Of a DNA stretch of 64,000 bases, positions 57,632 to 64,000 are shown piece by piece. The stretch is taken from contig OZ024743.1 of NCBI GenBank assembly GCA_964016885.1, positions 8,494,001 to 8,558,000 on the forward strand, written 5' to 3'. A model generated the notes under the pieces. It was not told the origin of the DNA. It worked only from the letters and a program-made list of their open reading frames with translations, and did not search any database. This stretch comes from Eledone cirrhosa. Its lineage: Eukaryota. A program made the position numbers and the translations under genes. How positions within the stretch are numbered: the first letter of the stretch is position 1; every line of letters begins with the position of its first letter.

Positions 57632-59599
57632 TAATTGCAATACGAAGATGGTCAGCATAACTAGCTAGGAATTGCAATACGAAGATGGTCAGCATAACTA
57701 GCTAGGAATTGCAATACGAAGATGGTCAGCATAACTAGCTAGGAATTGCAATACGAAGATGGTCAGCATAACTAGCTAGGAATTGCAATACGAAGATGGT
57801 CAGCATAACTAGCTAGGAATTGCAATACGAAGATGGTCAGCATAACTAGCTAGGAATTGCAATACGAAGATGGTGACCATAACTAGCTAGGAATTGCAAT
57901 ACGAAGATGGTCAGCATAACTAGCTAGGAATTGCAATACGAAGATGGTGACCATAACTAGCTAGGAATTGCAATACGAAGATGGTGACCATAACTAGCTA
58001 GGAATTGCAATACGAAGATGGTGACCATAACTAGCTAGGAATTGCAATACGAAGATGGTGACCATAACTAGGAATTGCAATACGAAGATGGTGACCATAA
58101 CTAGGAATTGCAATACGAACATGGTGACCATAACTAGGAATTGCAATACGAACATGGTGACCATAACTAGGAATTGCAATACGAAGATGGTGACCATAAC
58201 TAGGAATTGCAATACGAAGATGGTGACCATAACTAGGAATTGCAATACGAACATGGTGACCATAACTAGGAATTGCAATACGAAGATGGTGACCATAACT
58301 AGGAATTGCAATACGAAGATGGTGACCATAACTAGGAATTGCAATACGAAGATGGTGACCATAACTAGGAATTGCAATACGAAGATGGTGACCATAACTA
58401 GGAATTGCAATACGAAGATGGTGACCATAACTAGGAATTGCAATACGAACATGGTGACCATAACTAGGAATTGCAATACGAAGATGGTGACCATAACTAG
58501 GAATTGCAATACGAACATGGTGACCATAACTAGGAATTGCAATACGAAGATGGTGACCATAACTAGGAATTGCAATACGAACATGGTGACCATAACTAGG
58601 AATTGCAATACGAAGATGGTGACCATAACTAGGAATTGCAATACGAAGATGGTGACCATAACTAGGAATTGCAATACGAACATGGTGACCATAACTAGGA
58701 ATTGCAATACGAACATGGTGACCATAACTAGGAATTGCAATACGAAGATGGTGACCATAACTAGGAATTGCAATACGAACATGGTGACCATAACTAGGAA
58801 TTGCAATACGAACATGGTGACCATAACTAGGAATTGCAATACGAACATGGTGACCATAACTAGGAATTGCAATACGAAGATGGTGACCATAACTAGGAAT
58901 TGCAATACGAACATGGTGACCATAACTAGGAATTGCAATACGAACATGGTGACCATAACTAGGAATTGCAATACGAACATGGTGACCATAACTAGGAATT
59001 GCAATACGAACATGGTGACCATAACTAGGAATTGCAATACGAAGATGGTGACCATAACTAGGAATTGCAATACGAACATGGTGACCATAACTAGGAATTG
59101 CAATACGAACATGGTGACCATAACTAGGAATTGCAATACGAACATGGTGACCATAACTAGGAATTGCAATACGAACATGGTGACCATAACTAGGAATTGC
59201 AATACGAAGATGGTGACCATAACTAGGAATTGCAATACGAACATGGTGACCATAACTAGGAATTGCAATACGAAGATGGTGACCATAACTAGGAATTGCA
59301 ATACGAACATGGTGACCATAACTAGGAATTGCAATACGAACATGGTGACCATAACTAGGAATTGCAATACGAAGATGGTGACCATAACTAGGAATTGCAA
59401 TACGAACATGGTGACCATAACTAGGAATTGCAATACGAACATGGTGACCATAACTAGGAATTGCAATAGGAACCTGGTGACCATAACTAGCTAGGAATTG
59501 CAATAGGAACCTGGTGACCATAACTAGGAATTGCAATAGGAACCTGGTGACCATAACTAGGAATTGCAATAGGAACCTGGTGACCATAACTAGGAATTG
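57632..59599. repeat. Minisatellite with 30/34-bp unit GGAATTGCAATACGAA(G/C)ATGGTGACCATAACTA(GCTA), ~60+ copies
   Basis: Direct reading. It explains the periodic ORFs at 57994-59587. Confidence 0.97.
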
Positions 59600-60437
59600 A
59601 GCAAGTTTTTAAAAAGCTGCGAGCGACTGGCAAAGTCCCCAATTTCTGGCTGAGAAATCCACATATGTTTTCCTAGTATGTTTGAATTTCCGTGAATCAC
59701 CTAGTATTATGTTTTTTGTATTAATATCCCTGTAAATTGTGGCCAGGCTTCTGCCTGCTACTGATAACATGTAACTCAGTACAGCCTGTTTCATGGTCGA
59801 GTGGTCAGCGACTAAAGCGGCTCCCTCGCCGGACTCTGGTCTGGTGAGGAGGGTAAGTGAAACCCAAACAGCACAAACAAAAAGCTGTTAAAAGTATGGT
59901 TGAACTCCTCAGAGTCAACGCCCTACCTCCCCAACTATGGGTTAAATAGCCTCACCAACCCGCAATTGAACAAGCGCGGTGAGTACGGCTACACCCCCGA
60001 AAGCATGAATAAAACCAAACAGAAAGTGATGGAGGTCAACCAGGGTGGGGTTCCTCCAACAGGCGGGAGAAGACTTTCGATTGGATTGGAAATTCTTGGG
60101 TATTTCATTAAAATACCTCGTATTCGTGGAAGAAGCTCTCCTATTGTTTTAAGCGCCCGCCCTACCATGCATGTCTTTGCTGATATAATTTGCTTAAGCT
60201 TTTTTTATTGATATAATATATTTCTATTATTAATTTTTTATCATTTGCTTCTTCTTATTAGCCTTCATCCATTCGATTTCGCCGAGTAACTAAAGCTTTT
60301 GCAGCTCTCTTTTCTATCCATATGTATGTAGTAGATTTCATTCTACATTTTATATAATTAGTTACGGCAGTGGATAATTTTATTGTATTTGGTTCTCATC
60401 AATACTGCTAGTGAATACATTATATTATTTTGCCCGG

Positions 60438-60652
60438 TGGATTGGCAGAATCGGTAGAGCATCGGACAATATGCTTAGCGGCATAGAGTTACTGCCCTTT
60501 ACATCCTGAGTTCAAATCCTGTCGAGGTTTGCTTTGCCTTTCATACATACGGGGTCGATAGACTAAAGCACCAGTAATGCACTGGGGTCGATTTAATCGA
60601 CTTTCCCCCCTCCCCAAAATTGCTGGCCCTGTGCCTAAAGTAGAAACCATTA
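60438..60652 (+). mobile_element. SINE family A (further copies or fragments at 31962-32018, 35002-35100, 47740-47885, 48530-48705, 56911-57000, 61035-61190)
   Basis: Shared head, core and tail. Confidence 0.8.
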
Positions 60653-62696
60653 TTTTGCCTGCCGATATTCAGGTAGTTGGTTTGCGTGGACAAAATATCT
60701 TATTGATCCATGTTCATTGATGTCGTTACATTCTATTCTATTCAATGTTAACTCTGGTTGTTTTATTATGATTTGTTTGTATTCTGTTGTGTGACTTGAG
60801 TAATATTCATCACACATTTTGTTGGTGACTTGTGTGATAGTCCTTATCATTTATGGTTTTAACTAGTTTTTCTCTGTACTTATCTTTGTTTTGCTGTAAT
60901 GTTTTGCTTGCTTGTTTGTTTGTTTGTAGTTGATTCTGTGGACTTTTTATTGTGTTTGAGGATCGATTTATTATATGTGTATGTGAGGTCGTTTTTGTTG
61001 TTATTTCTTTTGTGGAGGCTTATATGTCTCTTGGCGGCGAATTGGCAGAGTCGTTAGAAAGTCGGATAGAATGATTTGTGGTATTTGCTCCGGCTCTCTA
61101 CTCTCTGAGTTCAAATCCCGCCAAGATCAACTTTGCTTTTTATCCTGTCGAGCTCGATAAAAAAGTACCAGTCTAGTTCTGGGGTCGATTCTTCCTCTCT
61201 CTGGAATAAATCTGCTGTACTCAGGCCTGGATAGGGATGAACTCCGTTAAGCATAAAATCCTAAAGAAACGCCCTATGTAAATACGGTACCCCTACGACT
61301 CTATCAGGAGTTACGGGGGGACTAAAATGTCTCTTGTGTAGGTTTAATTGCGATGCTTCCATTAGTTTGTGGGTGGGACTCTTATCTGTTTGTGTGTGGT
61401 CCATTGTTCTTGTTTTATTTTCAGTGTTTTATTTATTTTTATCGTATACTTTTAATTTGTGTGCATTCGGTAATGTGTTTAGATTTGTTTGTTTTTTTAT
61501 TTTGCCATTTCGTGTTTTCTTCTCTATAACTTATATATCCATTTTATGGAGCTCCTGTGTGATTTATATATTATGGACGTATGCCATGTGGGTAACACTT
61601 CAAAGTATTGATACTCCACTCGGAATACCTAAAAATATAATTATAATAATCGACCAAATGTTGTTTTCTAAGTCATACAACTCATGCTGAGTCAACTTGC
61701 TCTTTAATAGAGGTGTTGGTTGATTAGTGTTGGTCATATGTATCGTCGTTGTGTTGATGTGTGATTGCAGCCAGGAAAGCAATAAGGACATAATAGAATT
61801 GAAACAGACCAACTAAGGAACAAAACTGTTAATTTAGTTGTTTCTATTTTTGCCATAGAATACAACAAAACCATGTGACAAATAATAAAACAACAGAAAT
61901 AGTTAAAAGGTTGAAATAAGAAAGAGTAGTTAACCGCATAAAGGAGAGTATTTGGTTGGTGAGTTTAGATGTAGGGGAATTATTGAGGTAGATTGAATGC
62001 GTGTGTGCAGGGATGTGGCTTGAGAAAAGATATCGCCTTGATGTCTGTCGAATTTACTAAGCTGGGTGCCACGACTTAGCCCTAACAGCACCGACTACTG
62101 CAGTGAATGCCACAGGCGAATTCCTCTAGTTCAGTGTCTGAGGTGGAACAGAGTGGGAAGAAATTGTGATTGTCTTTTGGCTTAAATAGCCGTTGGTTTT
62201 ACTATAGCTATTTCCGGCAATGACGTCATAGCTATTTTGGTCTCCGTTTTGTACCCACAGATTTAGTCGTGTGATAATTTCACTATAAAATTATATTTTA
62301 AAAGTATAATGAAACCCACAAATCTTCATATATTTTAACACAACCTACTCCGAAGAAGTTATATATCGCAGGCATGGCAACCTCTAAAACCCAAACAGGG
62401 AATACTATGAAATAAGGTGATCCAAAATGGGGAGATTGTTTATAATGAAAGTTATACAGATTTTCATAAGAAAAGACATCTCTCATCTACTCCAAAGTCG
62501 GTGGGAGATCTCCCCATCGGACGGGGAGAGTCGACAGGTCTGATATTGATAGATAAACATACTGAAAAATAAAAATTGCTATAAAATTACTATGATAGTA
62601 GAATTGTGTCATGCAACAAGCTACAGTTTTTCCAAATTAAAAATCTTACGATCAAAAATATTCTTAAATACTGTTGTTTTTTTATTTTCATTTCAG

Positions 62697-62757
62697 GTCA
62701 GTTAACAAAATTCTAATGACGGGTCCAAAAATGAATGAATTCGGTGCAAACGCCACA
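62697..62757 (+). CDS. Wnt8: Wnt8 coding exon 2 ((W)SVNKILMTGPKMNEFGANAT)
   Basis: ttttcatttcag| acceptor and |gtaagt donor, phase 2 in and phase 0 out. SVNxxLMTGPK is characteristic of Wnt8. Confidence 0.88.
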
Positions 62758-62842
62758 GTAAGTAAAAACTACCACTTCAATTTAATAGTGTTTCATTCTG
62801 GTTTCATACGTATACATGTTGATACATCATTATATTTCGTGG

Positions 62843-63028
62843 TGGATTGGCTGTATCGGTAGAGGGGCGGACGCTATGCTTTGCAGCATAGAGTTACGTC
62901 CCTTTACGGTTTGAGTTCAAATCCCGCGGAGGTTAACTTTACCTTTCATCCTTACAGGGTCGATGAAATAAAGTACCAGTAACGAACGGGGATAATTGCT
63001 GGCCTTATTCCAAAAGTAGAAACAATTA
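62843..63028 (+). mobile_element. SINE family A in Wnt8 intron
   Basis: Shared head, core and tail. Confidence 0.8.
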
Positions 63029-63053
63029 TATATATATACATATATATATATAC

Positions 63054-63108
<55 letters not shown>

Positions 63109-63187
63109 TGCGTGTGTGTATAACATTTGAGGGAGGAGTTCAGAAGACATTGTAAACTGAAACTCGTGTGAACATCTTATATTTCAG

Positions 63188-63320
63188 ACCTACTTGATGT
63201 TCTCAGATATAGTGGCATCCGGAGAGAAAAAAGCAGCTGGAGAGTGTCGTTACCAATTCCGGTTCGATAGATGGAACTGCCCAGAAGAATCCATAATGGC
63301 TCAGAAATCAAGATTAAGTG
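63188..63320 (+). CDS. Wnt8: Wnt8 coding exon 3 (TYLMFSDIVASGEKKAAGECRYQFRFDRWNCPEESIMAQKSRLS); gene continues beyond the window
   Basis: atttcag| acceptor and G|gtaatg phase 1 donor. Contains the Wnt ECxxQFxxxRWNC motif and aligns by eye to Wnt8 AYLTY..SVA.GA..GIEECKYQFAWERWNCPE. Confidence 0.92.
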
Positions 63321-63698
63321 GTAATGAAATTAGTTTTTATTTAATTTGTTTACTAATTAATGATTCAAAATTAGGGGAATTCTTTTCTCCTCTTGAGGTC
63401 AAATAATTTCAGATCGTAGCCTTAATTTCATTTGTTTGAGCCTAATTTTACTCAGGTGACCAAAACTTATGCCATTGCTTGCTCTTTATTTTCGCAGTTA
63501 ATGTTTAACTTCTACAGAATTTGTGATTAACAAATTCCAACCTGTTTTAAACGCTGTCTCTGTTCATTAAATCAGTTTTCAGTGAAAATTGATTTAATTA
63601 ATGGTTGTTTTCTATAAATTACTAGTACTTGGCCCATTTGTTTTACGGAATATGTAATTGGTTTCTTTTTGTGACAAAGTTATGTTCATGAATTGTAG

Positions 63699-63748
<50 letters not shown>

Positions 63749-63780
63749 ACAAGTTGCTAGATCTTCATTACATTTATTGA

Positions 63781-63870
63781 CGTGTGACGCGCGTTTCGCG
63801 ATTGATCAGCTCAAGGCTCAGTCTGTATTGATCTGGCCCGTCTCTGGAATCAAAAGCTCGTCGGGCTTCT
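63781..63870 (-). ncRNA. Degenerate hammerhead-like remnant in a (TA)n-flanked insert
   Basis: Reverse complement reads CCGACGA-GC..TTGAT..ATCAA..GC-GAAA-CGCGCG-TC. Stems II and III are present but stem I does not pair. Confidence 0.35.
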
Positions 63871-63877
63871 GTTATGG

Positions 63878-63930
<53 letters not shown>

Positions 63931-64000
63931 TATAATATCTAGGTGTGTAAACATGCCAGAAAATATAACTTTCCCTGTAAATTGAAAAAAAATGCTAAAC

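Noticed and set aside
57994-59587. ~500-aa periodic ORFs, or a CRISPR-like array
   Set aside because: A 30-bp tandem unit with no unique spacers, open in several frames on both strands, in eukaryotic context with no cas genes.
63321-63406. C-terminal part of the ORF at 63194..63406
   Set aside because: Read-through into the intron after the GT donor at 63321. Wnt similarity ends there.

Overview
AT-rich, microsatellite-saturated animal genomic DNA. The repeat landscape suggests an octopus/cephalopod, which is an inference. The only host gene I can support is the 5' part of a Wnt8 orthologue on the + strand: coding exons 38666-38772, 62697-62757 and 63188-63320, with a ~24 kb intron after the first. 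Everything else is transposon-derived: a near full-length Tx1/L1-clade LINE plus truncated siblings in (GATA)n tracts, a Penelope-like element (RT + GIY-YIG) between ~1 kb inverted pseudo-LTRs, a complete non-autonomous Helitron, CR1/RTE/CRE/R4/hAT remnants, tRNA-derived SINEs, MITEs and minisatellites. The most striking unannotated signal is about a dozen fold-back (inverted-repeat) inserts, mostly in (TA)n tracts. Many carry minimal type I hammerhead ribozyme folds from several unrelated sequence families. These include U3:A8 covariant cores, very long stem II inserts, a family-wide CAGAAGA (U4A) core, and a tandem ribozyme pair bracketing a 591-nt unit. Four of the ribozymes lie in sense orientation inside the Wnt8 intron. 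All folds were read by eye, and none has been tested for activity.
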